Assembly (NCBI GenBank): GCA_016191875.1
Contig: JACPVG010000003.1
Coordinates: 100,683-164,682, forward strand
DNA length: 64,000 nucleotides
From: Chloroflexota bacterium
Lineage (GTDB): Bacteria; Chloroflexota; Anaerolineae; Anaerolineales; UBA11579
Direction: 5' to 3'
Position numbers and translations under genes: made by a program. How positions within the stretch are numbered: position 1 is the first letter of the stretch; each line of letters opens with the position of its first letter. The notes beneath the pieces are model-generated. The model ran no database searches, was not told the origin of the DNA, and saw nothing but the letters and a program-made list of their open reading frames with translations. Of the stretch, positions 1-9,997 are shown piece by piece.

Positions 1-199
1 AGACGTCTTAAAAGAATCGGCCGCCAGTCCCTTTCCATGGGGAGGACGGCGCTGGCAGAATCCCTGTGCTATTGCCAACGCGACAGTTTCACAAGGCAAG
101 GGGTGACGCAAACAGATATTCGGAAACCCGGATTTCTGTAGACTGTGGGATACTTTGCGCCGCAATAGTTCAAGGTTGCGCGTTTCGAGGACCTGAATC

Positions 200-1228
200 G
201 TGATCTCAAAGAAGGAAATCGTCCATTCCGGCCTGATTCCGCCATTGCGCTCCGACAGCGCCGTGCAGGTCTCGGTCGTCATCCCGGTCTACAACGAAGT
301 CCAGTGCCTGCCCACATTGCACAAGGGCCTGCGTGAAGCCCTCAATTCCTACCCGACCACCTGGGAAGTGGTCTACGTGGACGACGGCAGCCGCGACGGC
401 AGCCTCCAGGCGCTTGAGATTCTCGCCGGGCAGGACCCCCAGCACACCCGCGTGGTGGCCCTGCGCCGTAACTTCGGGCAGACCGCCGCCATCTCGGCCG
501 GCATCGATTACGCCTGCGGCGACATCATCGTGCTGATGGACAGCGACCTGCAAAACGACCCGGCCGACATCCCCATGCTGCTCGACAAGATCGCTGAGGG
601 CTACGACCTGGTGAGCGGCTGGCGCAAAGCGCGCCAGGACGCCTTCATCACCCGCACCCTTCCCTCGCGCGCTGCCAACTGGCTGATCTCGCAGGTCACC
701 GGTGTGCACCTGCACGACTACGGCTGCACGCTCAAAGCCTACCGCCGCGAGGTGCTCACCGGCTTCCGGCTCTATGGCGAGATGCACCGCTTCATCCCGG
801 CCTACGCCGGCTATGTCGGGGCGCGCGTCACGGAAGTCGTGGTGCGCCACCACCCGCGCCGTTTCGGCAAGACCAACTACGGCCTCAACCGCACCATCAA
901 GGTCGTGCTGGACCTGTTCACCGTCAAGTTCCTCAGCGGCTACGTCAACAAGCCCATCTACCTGTTTGGCGGCTTCGGCCTGGGGCTGATGAGCATCTCC
1001 GGCGCGGGCTTTCTTTACCTCGCCTACCGCAAGTTCCTGTTCGGGGCGGTAACCACCACGTCGCCTATCTTCCTGCTGAGCATCATGCTGACCGTGCTGG
1101 GGGCGCAGTCCATCTTGCTGGGGTTGATCGCCGAGATCGTCGTGCGCACCTACCACGAATCGCAGGCCAAGCCGATCTACACCGTGCGCTATGTTATCCA
1201 CGGCGAGGAGCCGGGCAGCAAAGCATGA
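200..1228 (+). CDS. Family 2 glycosyltransferase, polyprenyl-phosphate sugar transferase type (GtrB/ArnC/DPM1-like), with C-terminal TM helices
   Basis: 342 aa. GT-A motifs VSVVIPVYNE, VYVDDGSRDGS and DSDLQNDP. Two hydrophobic helices at the C-terminus. GTG start. Stop overlaps the next ATG (ATGA at 1225). Confidence 0.85.
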   Translation: MISKKEIVHSGLIPPLRSDSAVQVSVVIPVYNEVQCLPTLHKGLREALNSYPTTWEVVYVDDGSRDGSLQALEILAGQDPQHTRVVALRRNFGQTAAISAGIDYACGDIIVLMDSDLQNDPADIPMLLDKIAEGYDLVSGWRKARQDAFITRTLPSRAANWLISQVTGVHLHDYGCTLKAYRREVLTGFRLYGEMHRFIPAYAGYVGARVTEVVVRHHPRRFGKTNYGLNRTIKVVLDLFTVKFLSGYVNKPIYLFGGFGLGLMSISGAGFLYLAYRKFLFGAVTTTSPIFLLSIMLTVLGAQSILLGLIAEIVVRTYHESQAKPIYTVRYVIHGEEPGSKA

Positions 1229-2163
1229 AGTCCCCCGCCAAGCGGCTCACCGCCGGGCAGGCGCTGCGCGCCCTCGGCACGCTGATTGCGCTGGGCCTGA
1301 TGGCCTGGCTGCTGGCCCGCCAGTGGAGCGACATCACCCGCGCCCTGAGCGAGATGGACGCCGCCCGCTTCTGGGGCGCGTTCGGGCTGGTGATGGCTTC
1401 GCGGCTGTTCGTTTCCGCCCGCTGGCACATGCTGCTGCGCGGGGCCGCTGCCGGGATTCGCTTCCCGGAGAGCGCCCGTATCACCTTCGCCGGGCTGTTT
1501 GCCGCCAACTTTCTGCCCACCACCATCGGCGGCGACGTAGTGCGGCTGGGCGGGGTGATCGCCCGCGGGCACGGCGCGGCGCTGGCAGCCGCCTCGCTGG
1601 TGATGGACCGCCTGGTGGGCATGGCCGGCATGGCTGTTTTTGCACCCTTCGGCGCGGCCCGCGTGATGGCCGGCGGCCTGCTGGGCGCAGGTCACTCGGC
1701 CGGGCTGGCGCTGTCCCTGCCCGGGAAACTCAAACGCAACGCGGCCTACGCCCTGCGGCGGCTGGGCGACATCGCCCGCACCTGGCTGCGCCGCCCGCAA
1801 TTCCTCCTGGCCTCGCTGTTCTTCACCGCCCTGCACATGGCGGTCTGGTTCGCCGCCATGTGGCTCCTGCTAGACGGCCTGAACGACCGCATGCCCTACT
1901 TCCTCATCGCCAGCCTGTGGAGCCTGGTGTACTTCATCACCCAGATTCCGATTTCGATCAACGGCCTGGGCGTCCAGGAACTGTCGATCGCCTACATCTT
2001 CGCCGCCTTCGGCGGGGTGAGCGACCACAGCGCCCTGGTGATGGGCCTGGTCTTCCGCGTGCTGGTCACGCTCGCCAGTCTGCCGGGCGCGCTGTTCGTC
2101 GGCCAGTTGCTGCCCACGCTCGACCGCGCCAAATCCGTCCTTGAGGGTCTCCGTGAAACTTAA
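1225..2163 (+). CDS. Flippase-like / lysylphosphatidylglycerol-synthase-TM-domain (UPF0104) polytopic membrane protein
   Basis: 312 aa, about 8 hydrophobic segments. The N-terminal pattern (LGTLIALGLMAWLLARQW) is typical of UPF0104. Translationally coupled on both sides. Confidence 0.65.
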   Translation: MKSPAKRLTAGQALRALGTLIALGLMAWLLARQWSDITRALSEMDAARFWGAFGLVMASRLFVSARWHMLLRGAAAGIRFPESARITFAGLFAANFLPTTIGGDVVRLGGVIARGHGAALAAASLVMDRLVGMAGMAVFAPFGAARVMAGGLLGAGHSAGLALSLPGKLKRNAAYALRRLGDIARTWLRRPQFLLASLFFTALHMAVWFAAMWLLLDGLNDRMPYFLIASLWSLVYFITQIPISINGLGVQELSIAYIFAAFGGVSDHSALVMGLVFRVLVTLASLPGALFVGQLLPTLDRAKSVLEGLRET

Positions 2164-2908
2164 ACCCAAGCGCGCCAAATACCTGGACGCCGACCCGGCG
2201 CCGCTGCGCGCCGGCGAATACCAGGAAAAGGGCGACTACCACATTCACCTCAACCCCAACTGGCCGTATCTGCCGGTCTATCTGGCCAAGATGGACCACG
2301 CCCGGAACTTCCTGGCGCGCCACGCCCAGGGGAGAAAAGTCATTGACCTGGGCGCGGGCGAGGGCGTACTGGTGCGGCGCTGCCAGGAGGAACTCGGGCT
2401 GGACATCATCGGCCTGGACATCAACTACCAGTCCGAAGTGGTGGTGCACGGTGATATTCTCGACCTCCAGTACCCGGACGCCAGTTTCGACATCGTCACC
2501 TGCCTGGACGTCATCGAGCACATGCACTTCCACCAGCAGGAAATCGCCCTTGCGCAGATGTTCCGCATCCTCAAGCCCGGCGGCCAGTTGCTGGTCTCGG
2601 TGCCCAACCTGGCGCACTTCGCCTCGCGCTTCACTTTCCTGTTCCTCGGCAAACTGCTGCGCACCTCCACCATCGACCGCCACATCGGCGACCGCCCGGC
2701 CGGGGAATACGTCGCCCTGCTGCGGGCGGCCGGGTTCGAGATCCGCCGCCGCAAGGGGATGTTCCCGACCTTCCCGCTCATTTCAGCCCTCACGTACTTC
2801 ATCCCGTCAAAGGTCGTCGGGCTGCACCGGTTGTACAACGCGTTGGCGGGCGTGCCGGGCTGGTGTTTCCTGAACGTGTTCGAGGCCGTGAAACCGGCCG
2901 CCGAATAG
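2141..2908 (+). CDS. Class I SAM-dependent methyltransferase
   Basis: 255 aa. Motif I VIDLGAGEGVL, then DIVTCLDVIEHM and LKPGGQLLVSVPN. Start is TTG 2141 or GTG 2153 and overlaps the upstream stop. Confidence 0.8.
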   Translation: MRVSVKLKPKRAKYLDADPAPLRAGEYQEKGDYHIHLNPNWPYLPVYLAKMDHARNFLARHAQGRKVIDLGAGEGVLVRRCQEELGLDIIGLDINYQSEVVVHGDILDLQYPDASFDIVTCLDVIEHMHFHQQEIALAQMFRILKPGGQLLVSVPNLAHFASRFTFLFLGKLLRTSTIDRHIGDRPAGEYVALLRAAGFEIRRRKGMFPTFPLISALTYFIPSKVVGLHRLYNALAGVPGWCFLNVFEAVKPAAE

Positions 2909-2916
2909 GAGGCCGT

Positions 2917-4929
2917 ATGCTCCCGTTCCGGCGTGTTGCGGCTGCCCATTTCCTGACCGCTCTGCTGGCCGTCAACCTCGTGCTTGGGGTCCTGGCGTTA
3001 CTCTCCTTCCAGGCCCAGATGACCGCCCTGGACTATTTCAGCGTTTCGGCCAAACTGCGCCTGCTGCGCGTGGCGCTCATCGGCCTGCTGGCGGCCAACG
3101 CCGTCCTGCTGCCGCTCACCTTCACCCGGCTGGGGGTGAGTCTGCTGGCCGGACTGCGCGCCGTGCTGGAGCTTCTTTCTCGCCTCAAGGCTGCCAACCT
3201 CATTGGCTTCGCCGCCCTGCTCGTCGGCTTCCCCTGGCTGGTCTTCAGCGAGTACGGTCTGTACCTGGAGTACCCCATGCCGCGCCTGTGGGTCTTCTGG
3301 CTGTTCGCCCTGGCGGGCGCGGCCCTGCTCAAGGCGTGGCGGCGCGGACTGGAACCGTTGCACGCCCTGCTGGCCTCGGCTGTGCTGCTGGCGCTGGCCC
3401 AGCGCGTTGCCGTCTTCCTGCCGGAGGTTAGCGCCTACCCGCTCTCGCTGGGCTGGTCAGAGGTCAGCCGCTACTACCAGGCCTCGTTGTACTTCAGCGA
3501 GCGCATCTACGGGCTGGACCTGCCGCTTTCGGTCACCCACCCCAGCCGCTACATGCTCCAGGCCCTGCCGTTCATAGTTCCCGACCTGCCGCTCTGGGCG
3601 CACCGCGCCTGGCAGGTATTCCTCTGGTGGTCGCTCACCGGCCTGACCGCCGCCCTGCTGGCGCGCCGCCTGCGCCTTTCCAGCCGGGCGCTGGGGCTGA
3701 TGCTGGCCGCCTGGGCCTTCCTGTTCATGATGCAGGGCGCGGTGTTCTACAACCTGTTGCCCGCCGTCATTATCGTGCTGTGGGGCTTCGACCCGCGCCG
3801 CTACGGCCGCTCGCTGGCAGTGGTGGCGCTGGCCTCGCTCTGGGCGGGCGTCAGCCGCATCAACTGGACGCCCGTTCCCGGTCTGCTGGCCGCCAGCTTG
3901 ATGTACGTGGAGGCACCGACAGGCCAGCGCCGCGGAATCCCCTGGCGCTATTTCTGGCGTTCTTTCTCGTATTTCGCCCTGGGCATGGCCTCCGCCCTGG
4001 CCGCTTATGCGGGATATATCTCGCTATCCGGCAACGCCGACGTGGAGCAGTTCGGCTCGGCCTTCACCTCCGATCTTTTGTGGAATCGCCTGTGGCCCAG
4101 TCCATCGTTCCCGCTCGGCATCCTGCCCGGCATCCTGCTCGTCTCGCTGCCGTTGCTCGTCGCCGCCATCTGGGCCATACGCCGGCAGGGCCGCGCCTGG
4201 CACGCCATCCGCCGGCTGGGGCTGGGCTCCATCCTGCTGGTCCTCTTCGGCGGCGGGCTGGTGGTGAGCGTCAAGATCGGCGGCGGCACCAACCTGCACA
4301 ACCTGGACGCCTTCATGGTCCTGCTCATGACGGGCGCGGCGGCCATCCTGCTGGGCCGCTCGGCCGCTGAACCGGATGCCCAGCCGGCGCGTCTCGCCCT
4401 GCCCGCCGGGCTGCTGGCGGCCATCGTGGCCGTCCCGGTCGCGCTGGGCGCGCTGACGGGCGGCCAGTGGCCCCTCCGCGACCACGCCCGCGCCTGGGAG
4501 ACGGTCGCCGAGATCGACGCCCTGACGCAGATAGCGGCGGCGAACGGCGACGAGGTGCTGCTCATCTCCCAGCGCCAACTGCTCACCTTCGACATGCTCG
4601 CAACCGACGTACGGCTGGTGCCGGAATACGAACAGATCTTCCTGATGGAAATGGCGATTTCCAATAACGAGGCGTACCTGCGCCAGTTCTACACCGACCT
4701 GGCCGAGCAGCGTTTCGCCCTCATCTTCAGCGACCCGCTCTTCCGGCGCATCAAAAGCGAAGAGGTTGATTCGCTGGCCGAGGAGAACAACGCCTGGGTG
4801 CAGCGCATCATCGAACCGGTGCTGTGCGCCTACTACATCGAGAAAACCTACGGCGAGGTCGGCGTGCAAGTCCTCAAACCGCGCGCCCAACTCCGCTGCG
4901 ACGTCTTCCATGCGCATCCTGATCCTTAA
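2917..4929 (+). CDS. Large polytopic membrane protein, GT-C-like (ArnT/PMT/GtrC-type) candidate glycosyltransferase, with a C-terminal soluble domain
   Basis: ATG 2917 is preceded by AGGAGG (2907-2912). About 12-14 hydrophobic helices over roughly 500 aa, then a soluble tail of about 170 aa. Family assignment rests on architecture and context only. Confidence 0.5.
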   Translation: MLPFRRVAAAHFLTALLAVNLVLGVLALLSFQAQMTALDYFSVSAKLRLLRVALIGLLAANAVLLPLTFTRLGVSLLAGLRAVLELLSRLKAANLIGFAALLVGFPWLVFSEYGLYLEYPMPRLWVFWLFALAGAALLKAWRRGLEPLHALLASAVLLALAQRVAVFLPEVSAYPLSLGWSEVSRYYQASLYFSERIYGLDLPLSVTHPSRYMLQALPFIVPDLPLWAHRAWQVFLWWSLTGLTAALLARRLRLSSRALGLMLAAWAFLFMMQGAVFYNLLPAVIIVLWGFDPRRYGRSLAVVALASLWAGVSRINWTPVPGLLAASLMYVEAPTGQRRGIPWRYFWRSFSYFALGMASALAAYAGYISLSGNADVEQFGSAFTSDLLWNRLWPSPSFPLGILPGILLVSLPLLVAAIWAIRRQGRAWHAIRRLGLGSILLVLFGGGLVVSVKIGGGTNLHNLDAFMVLLMTGAAAILLGRSAAEPDAQPARLALPAGLLAAIVAVPVALGALTGGQWPLRDHARAWETVAEIDALTQIAAANGDEVLLISQRQLLTFDMLATDVRLVPEYEQIFLMEMAISNNEAYLRQFYTDLAEQRFALIFSDPLFRRIKSEEVDSLAEENNAWVQRIIEPVLCAYYIEKTYGEVGVQVLKPRAQLRCDVFHAHPDP

Positions 4930-6040
4930 CAGCGAATATCCGCCGGTGGGCGGCGGGGCCGGCACCGCCAGCGCCCATCTGGCGCGCACCCTGGCCGCCC
5001 AGGGCCACCTGGTCACGGTCCTGACCGCCCGCTTCCGCGGCCTGCCCCGCGACCGCAAAGAGGACGGCGTCAACGTGCTGCGCCGCGTCCCGTTCCGCCG
5101 CCGCGCTGACCGCTCCGACGCGCTCGAGCAGGTGGCCTTCATGGCGCTGGCGTGCCTGTACATTGTCCGCCTCGGCTGCCCGGATTTCACCATCGCCTAC
5201 TTCGGCATCCCCAGCGGCCCGGCGGCCTGGCTGATGAAGGCCATTTACAAAGTGCCCTACATCGTCTCCCTGCGCGGCGGCGACGTGCCCGGCTTCCGCC
5301 CGTATGATTTCAAGAATTTTCACCGCATGGGCGCGCCGCTCATCCGCTTCGTATGGCGCCACGCCGCCGCGGTGGTCGCCAACAGCCAGGGCTTGCGCGC
5401 GCTCGCCGTCGCCTTCGAGCCACGCCAGGATGTGGCCGTCATCCCCAATGGTGTCAGCGCGGCTGATTATCCGTCCGTCCAGCGCGACTGGCGCGCCGCC
5501 GAACTGGTCTTCACCGGCCGGGTGGTCTACCAGAAGGGCCTCGACCTGCTCTTCAAGGCGCTGGCGGACCTCAAGCGCCTCGACTGGCGGCTGATGGTCG
5601 TGGGCGACGGGCCGCGCCTCGCCGACCTGCAACGCATGGCGGCCGAATTCGGCTATGCCGAACGCGCCCGCTTCCCCGGCTGGCAGTCGCGCCAGGAAGT
5701 GCGCGAGCACCTCCAGCGCGCCAACCTGTTCGTCTACCCCTCACGGGACGAAGGCATGCCCAACGCCCTGCTCGAGGCCATGGCCGCCGGCCTGCCGGCG
5801 GTGGCCACCCGCATTGCCGGCAACGAGGAACTGGTGCTGGATGGCCAGACCGGCCTGCTGGTGCCGCCGAATGATGTGGCCGCGTTGCAGGCCGCCCTCG
5901 CCGGGCTGATTCCGGATGCCGACCGCCGCCGGGCGATGGGCGCCGCGGCTCTGGCGCGCGTCCAGGCCGAATACACGCTCGAACGCGTCGCCGAAGCCTA
6001 CCTCGACCTGGGGCGCGAAGCGGTTGAGGGGCGCGGCTGA
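4910..6040 (+). CDS. Family 4 (GT-B) glycosyltransferase
   Basis: Internal ATG 4910 gives MRILILNSEYPPVGGGAGTAS. C-terminal EGMPNALLEAMAAGLPAVAT motif (E-x7-E region). Overlaps the upstream gene end. Confidence 0.85.
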   Translation: MRILILNSEYPPVGGGAGTASAHLARTLAAQGHLVTVLTARFRGLPRDRKEDGVNVLRRVPFRRRADRSDALEQVAFMALACLYIVRLGCPDFTIAYFGIPSGPAAWLMKAIYKVPYIVSLRGGDVPGFRPYDFKNFHRMGAPLIRFVWRHAAAVVANSQGLRALAVAFEPRQDVAVIPNGVSAADYPSVQRDWRAAELVFTGRVVYQKGLDLLFKALADLKRLDWRLMVVGDGPRLADLQRMAAEFGYAERARFPGWQSRQEVREHLQRANLFVYPSRDEGMPNALLEAMAAGLPAVATRIAGNEELVLDGQTGLLVPPNDVAALQAALAGLIPDADRRRAMGAAALARVQAEYTLERVAEAYLDLGREAVEGRG

Positions 6041-7935
6041 TGTGCGGCATCTGCGGCCTGGCGACCACCAGTCGCGCGCCGATCAATGAACCCGCCCTGC
6101 GGGCGATGAACGCCTGCATCGCCCATCGCGGCCCCGACGGCGACGGTTTCCACATCCGCCCCGGCGTGGGCCTCGCCATGCGCCGCCTCGCCATCATCGA
6201 TGTGGCCGGCGGCGACCAGCCCATCGCCAACGAAGACGAAACGCTGTGGGTCGTCTACAACGGCGAGTGCTACAACTTCCCCGACATGCACAAGGAACTC
6301 GAAGGCCGCGGCCATGTCTTCCGCACCCGCACCGACACCGAGTGCATCCTGCACCTGTACGAAGACCACGGCGACGACTGCATGACGCGCCTGCGCGGCA
6401 TGTTCGCTTTTGCCCTGTGGGACGAAAAGCGCGGGCGACTGCTGGCGGCGCGCGACCGGCTGGGCAAAAAGCCCTTCTACTACGCCGTGCAGGAGGGCAC
6501 GCTGTACTTCGCCTCCGAACTGCCTGCCTTGCTGGCCGCCCTGCCGCGCCGCCCCGAAGTCGACGTGCAGGCCATCGACGACTACCTCAGCCTGCAATAC
6601 ATCCCCGAACCCTCCACGCCTTACCACGGCGTCTTCAAACTGCCCGCCGCCCACCGCCTGACCTGGCAGGCCGGCGACCTGCGCATCGAGCGCTATTGGG
6701 ACCTCGCCTACGAGCCGAAGCACACCGCCCCCCTGCCGGACCTGATGGCCGAACTGCGCCGGTTGCTGGCCGACGCGGTGCACATGCGCCTGCTCAGCGA
6801 GGTGCCGCTGGGCGCACACCTCAGCGGCGGCATCGATAGCAGCATCATCGTCGCCCTGATGGCCGGGATGATGGGTAAGCCGGTGAAGACCTTTTCAGCC
6901 GGCTTCGAGGAAGAGAAATTCTCCGAACTGCCGCACGCCCGCCGCGTGGCGGAGAAATATTCCACCGACCATCACGAATTCACCCTGACGTTCAATGACA
7001 TCCCGGCCACGCTGGCCGAGGTGACTCGCCATGTCGGCGAACCGTTCGCCGATCCCTCTGCGCTGCCCCTGCTGCGCCTCTCCCAGTTGACCCGCGAACA
7101 CGTAACCGTGGCGCTCAACGGCGACGGCGGCGACGAAGCCTTCGCCGGCTACTGGCGTTACTGGCTCGACCCGTGGGCGGACGCCTATCTGAAACTCCCC
7201 GGCGCTCTCACCCGCCGTATCCTGCCCGCCGCGTTGCGCCGTATACCTGACCGCGCCGACCGGCCTGTGGGCGGCAGCCTCATCAACGGCCTCAAGCGGC
7301 TGGAGGCGCTGGCCCTCACCGACCGGCGCGCCAGCCTGTTGCGCTGGGGGTCGTATTTCTCCCCGACGCAGAAAGCAGAACTGTGGAACGCCGAGGAGCG
7401 GCAGGCGCTGGACATGCGCCGCGCTGAGCGCCTGCAGGCGGATGCATGGCAAAACGCGCCCGCCCACCGCTACCTCGACCGCACCCTCTACGCCGACAAC
7501 GCCACCTACCTGCCCGGCGACCTGCTGGTCAAGGCCGACCGCATGACGATGGCCGCCTCGCTGGAAGGCCGTTCGCCGTTCCTCGACCACGAACTGGCCG
7601 CCTGGGCCGCCCGCCTGCCGCAGAAATATAAGCTGCGCGGTCGCACCGGCAAATGGATTCTGCGCCAGACCTTCAAAGACCTGCTCCCGCCCGAGATTCT
7701 CAAGCGCGGCAAGCAGGGCTTCGGCATCCCCGTGGGGGCCTGGCTGCGCGGCCCGCTGCACGCCTGGGCCAGCCAGCGCCTGCTCGACCCGCACGGCCCG
7801 CTCTCCGGCTGGTTCGACCCTGCTGCCGTCGCCCGCCTGCTCGAAGACCACCAGCGCGGCCGCGCCGACCACGGCAAACGCCTTTACGCGCTGGTGATGC
7901 TGGCCGAGTGGAAGGAGCAATCAGGGAACGGGTAA
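6040..7935 (+). CDS. asnB: Asparagine synthase (glutamine-hydrolysing)
   Basis: 631 aa. N-terminal MCGICG nucleophile. SGGIDSS PP-loop. The ATG shares its A with the upstream TGA (6038-6042). Confidence 0.9.
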   Translation: MCGICGLATTSRAPINEPALRAMNACIAHRGPDGDGFHIRPGVGLAMRRLAIIDVAGGDQPIANEDETLWVVYNGECYNFPDMHKELEGRGHVFRTRTDTECILHLYEDHGDDCMTRLRGMFAFALWDEKRGRLLAARDRLGKKPFYYAVQEGTLYFASELPALLAALPRRPEVDVQAIDDYLSLQYIPEPSTPYHGVFKLPAAHRLTWQAGDLRIERYWDLAYEPKHTAPLPDLMAELRRLLADAVHMRLLSEVPLGAHLSGGIDSSIIVALMAGMMGKPVKTFSAGFEEEKFSELPHARRVAEKYSTDHHEFTLTFNDIPATLAEVTRHVGEPFADPSALPLLRLSQLTREHVTVALNGDGGDEAFAGYWRYWLDPWADAYLKLPGALTRRILPAALRRIPDRADRPVGGSLINGLKRLEALALTDRRASLLRWGSYFSPTQKAELWNAEERQALDMRRAERLQADAWQNAPAHRYLDRTLYADNATYLPGDLLVKADRMTMAASLEGRSPFLDHELAAWAARLPQKYKLRGRTGKWILRQTFKDLLPPEILKRGKQGFGIPVGAWLRGPLHAWASQRLLDPHGPLSGWFDPAAVARLLEDHQRGRADHGKRLYALVMLAEWKEQSGNG

Positions 7936-8033
7936 TCAGGCATTCGGCCTCCTGCATTTCCTTGTCCCCGATACTCGGATTCCCGATTCCTAATACCTAA
8001 TTCCTGAGTACCGATTCATTGCTTTCACGCGCC

Positions 8034-8062
8034 TTGCGCATCGGGGATCGTGCGGGTATAAT
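8034..8062 (+). promoter_or_regulatory. Sigma70-type promoter for tRNA-Val
   Basis: TTGCGC (8034-8039), 17-nt spacer, TATAAT (8057-8062). Lies 20 nt upstream of the tRNA 5' end. Confidence 0.5.
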
Positions 8063-8082
8063 CCCAGCCTTGCAATAGACGC

Positions 8083-8156
8083 GGGCGGGTAGCTCAGTTG
8101 GTTAGAGCATTGCGTTGACATCGCAAAGGTCGTAGGTTCGAGCCCTATCCCGCCCA
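8083..8156 (+). tRNA. tRNA-Val (anticodon GAC)
   Basis: Manual cloverleaf. Acceptor GGGCGGG/CCCGCCC, D-arm GCTCAGTTGGTTAGAGC, anticodon loop TTGACAT, T-arm GTAGGTTCGAGCCCTAT. No encoded CCA. Confidence 0.9.
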
Positions 8157-8161
8157 CTGAT

Positions 8162-8193
8162 AATCAAACCGCTGAAGGCGGTTTGATTGTTTA
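8162..8193 (+). terminator. Intrinsic terminator after tRNA-Val
   Basis: AATCAAACCGC (8162-8172) pairs with GCGGTTTGATT (8178-8188). Loop TGAAG. Followed by GTTTAAG. Confidence 0.55.
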
Positions 8194-8314
8194 AGAGAAC
8201 CTCGCTGGTGCTCGGTTTGCTAGCGCGCAAGGCGCGTTTGACATTCGCTGGCAGGCAGGGTTTATAACATTGGGCGGCGGGTACAATCATCCCCTATTGA
8301 AGGAGGAGACCGCG

Positions 8315-8869
8315 ATGGACAAGACCCTGCAAACACATCTGGATAACCTGTGGACCACCGACCGCGCGGCCCAGAATGCGGCCTATGCCTTCGTGATGCA
8401 GGCCGCCGAGAGGCCGGTGGACTGGGCCTATGCGATCTGGGATGAGGTCGTGGTCAACCTCACCCACGCCGACAACCACAACCGCGCCATCGCCGGACAA
8501 CTGCTCTCCCGCCTCGCCATCAGCGACCCGGACAGGCGCATCCTAAAGGATTTCAAAACTCTGTTGAACGTCACCCGCGATGAACGCTTCGTCACCGCCC
8601 GTCACACCATGCAATCCATCTGGCGCGTGGGGCTGGCCGGGGAGGAACAGCGCGCCCTGTTGCTCAAAGGCCTCAAGACTCGCTACGACGAATGCGCCAA
8701 GGAAAAGAACGGACCGCTCACTCGCTATGACATCCACGTGACAATGCGAAATCTTTACAATGCCGTAGCCGATGAGAAGATTATGGCCAGCGCGCTGGCA
8801 TGGATTGAACTCGAAACCGACCCCAAGAACCGCAGGAAATACGCCGGGGTGTGGAAGAAGAAACGCTAA
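8315..8869 (+). CDS. Hypothetical protein (helical, HEAT-repeat-like by eye)
   Basis: ATG 8315 sits 5 nt after GAAGGAGGAG. 184 aa. No confident motif. Confidence 0.5.
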   Translation: MDKTLQTHLDNLWTTDRAAQNAAYAFVMQAAERPVDWAYAIWDEVVVNLTHADNHNRAIAGQLLSRLAISDPDRRILKDFKTLLNVTRDERFVTARHTMQSIWRVGLAGEEQRALLLKGLKTRYDECAKEKNGPLTRYDIHVTMRNLYNAVADEKIMASALAWIELETDPKNRRKYAGVWKKKR

Positions 8870-8885
8870 CCCCTGTTGTTCCGTA

Positions 8886-9485
8886 TCAGTTGTCCAGTCG
8901 AGTGAAAAGAGTCAACGCTGCCGGAAAAGCCAGCGCCGCCGCCAGGATGAATGCTCCCATTACCATCCACATCTTGCCCGCTCCGGAGGTTCCGGCGAAG
9001 AACGGGATATTGTGACCAGGGCCAATGGCAAACAGGACGGCAGCCGCAGCCAGCGCAACGACTGAGCCTCGATCATGGCTCAGCCACCAGCCGATCAGCC
9101 CGCCCACCAGCGCCGCTGTCAGGAACAGTTCCAGAAAGAACGCCGTGAACGCATCCTGCCCCTTGCCGGGCAGGATGCTCGCGGTGGTCATGTCGATCAG
9201 CGGCTCGCGCAGATAGCCGAGCGCGAAGCCGGGAACCTGGGTGAGCGTGAGCAGCCCCGCCAGCAACAACGACGCCAGCCAGATGTTTTGCGGAAGTGCC
9301 GGCCGCAGAACGTGAAACGCCCAGCCCACCGCCGCACCGCTCACCGCGGCGATGGCCGCGCCCGGCAGCAGGATGAACCAGATCGGTTTGATGGTGAAGT
9401 GGTGAATCGTCAGAAATACCAAAAGCCCGATCTCGCCGGCGGCCACGCCGGCCAGCAATGCAGGAGTGCTGTTCGCAGGCTGCAT
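8886..9485 (-). CDS. Hypothetical integral membrane protein (about 6 TM)
   Basis: Hydrophobic throughout. The second ATG (9485) lies 6 nt after AAGGAGG and is preferred over 9491. Confidence 0.55.
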   Translation of the reverse strand: MQPANSTPALLAGVAAGEIGLLVFLTIHHFTIKPIWFILLPGAAIAAVSGAAVGWAFHVLRPALPQNIWLASLLLAGLLTLTQVPGFALGYLREPLIDMTTASILPGKGQDAFTAFFLELFLTAALVGGLIGWWLSHDRGSVVALAAAAVLFAIGPGHNIPFFAGTSGAGKMWMVMGAFILAAALAFPAALTLFTRLDN

Positions 9486-9523
9486 CCTCATCCTCCTTGA
9501 ATTGGCTGGTTATAATCCCGCCC

Positions 9524-9982
9524 ATGCCCGCTGTCAACATCCGCCGCGCCCGCGCAGGCGAAGCCCCCGCCCTGCAGTCCCTTTTGCACCGCTCCAAGGC
9601 CCACTGGGGCTACAGCGAAGAGGTGATGGGAGTCGTGCGGCGGGTGATGACCGTCAGCGAGCGCGGCATCGCCGAAGACGCTGTGTTTGTGGCCGAGGTC
9701 GGCGGGCGGGTAGCCGGCTTTGCCAGTCTGGAAAACCGCCGCGACCACGCTTGGCTGGAAGACCTGTTCATCGAGCCGGAGTTCATCGGACAGGGGGTTG
9801 GCCGCGCCCTGTGGGGGCATGTCTGCGCTCACGCCCGCCAGCAGGGCTTCACCGTCATGCGCTGGGAATCCGACCCCAACGCGCGCGGCTTCTACGAGCA
9901 TCTCGGCGCGACGGTCATCGGCCCCACGCCGTCGCACATCGTCCCCGGCCTGATGATTCCGCTGATGGAGATTCGGCTGTGA
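9524..9982 (+). CDS. GNAT family N-acetyltransferase
   Basis: Starts MPAVNIRRARAGEAPALQSLL. Motif A QGVGRALWGHVCAHARQQG. TATAAT (9511-9516) lies 7 nt upstream of the ATG and there is no SD. Confidence 0.8.
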   Translation: MPAVNIRRARAGEAPALQSLLHRSKAHWGYSEEVMGVVRRVMTVSERGIAEDAVFVAEVGGRVAGFASLENRRDHAWLEDLFIEPEFIGQGVGRALWGHVCAHARQQGFTVMRWESDPNARGFYEHLGATVIGPTPSHIVPGLMIPLMEIRL

Positions 9983-9997
9983 GGGCGCGGTTTCCGC

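Noticed and set aside
8083-8156. tRNA-Val and tRNA-Leu (31184-31269) as possible integration sites for an island or prophage
   Set aside because: No integrase, no direct repeat of the tRNA 3' end and no compositional shift were seen next to either tRNA.
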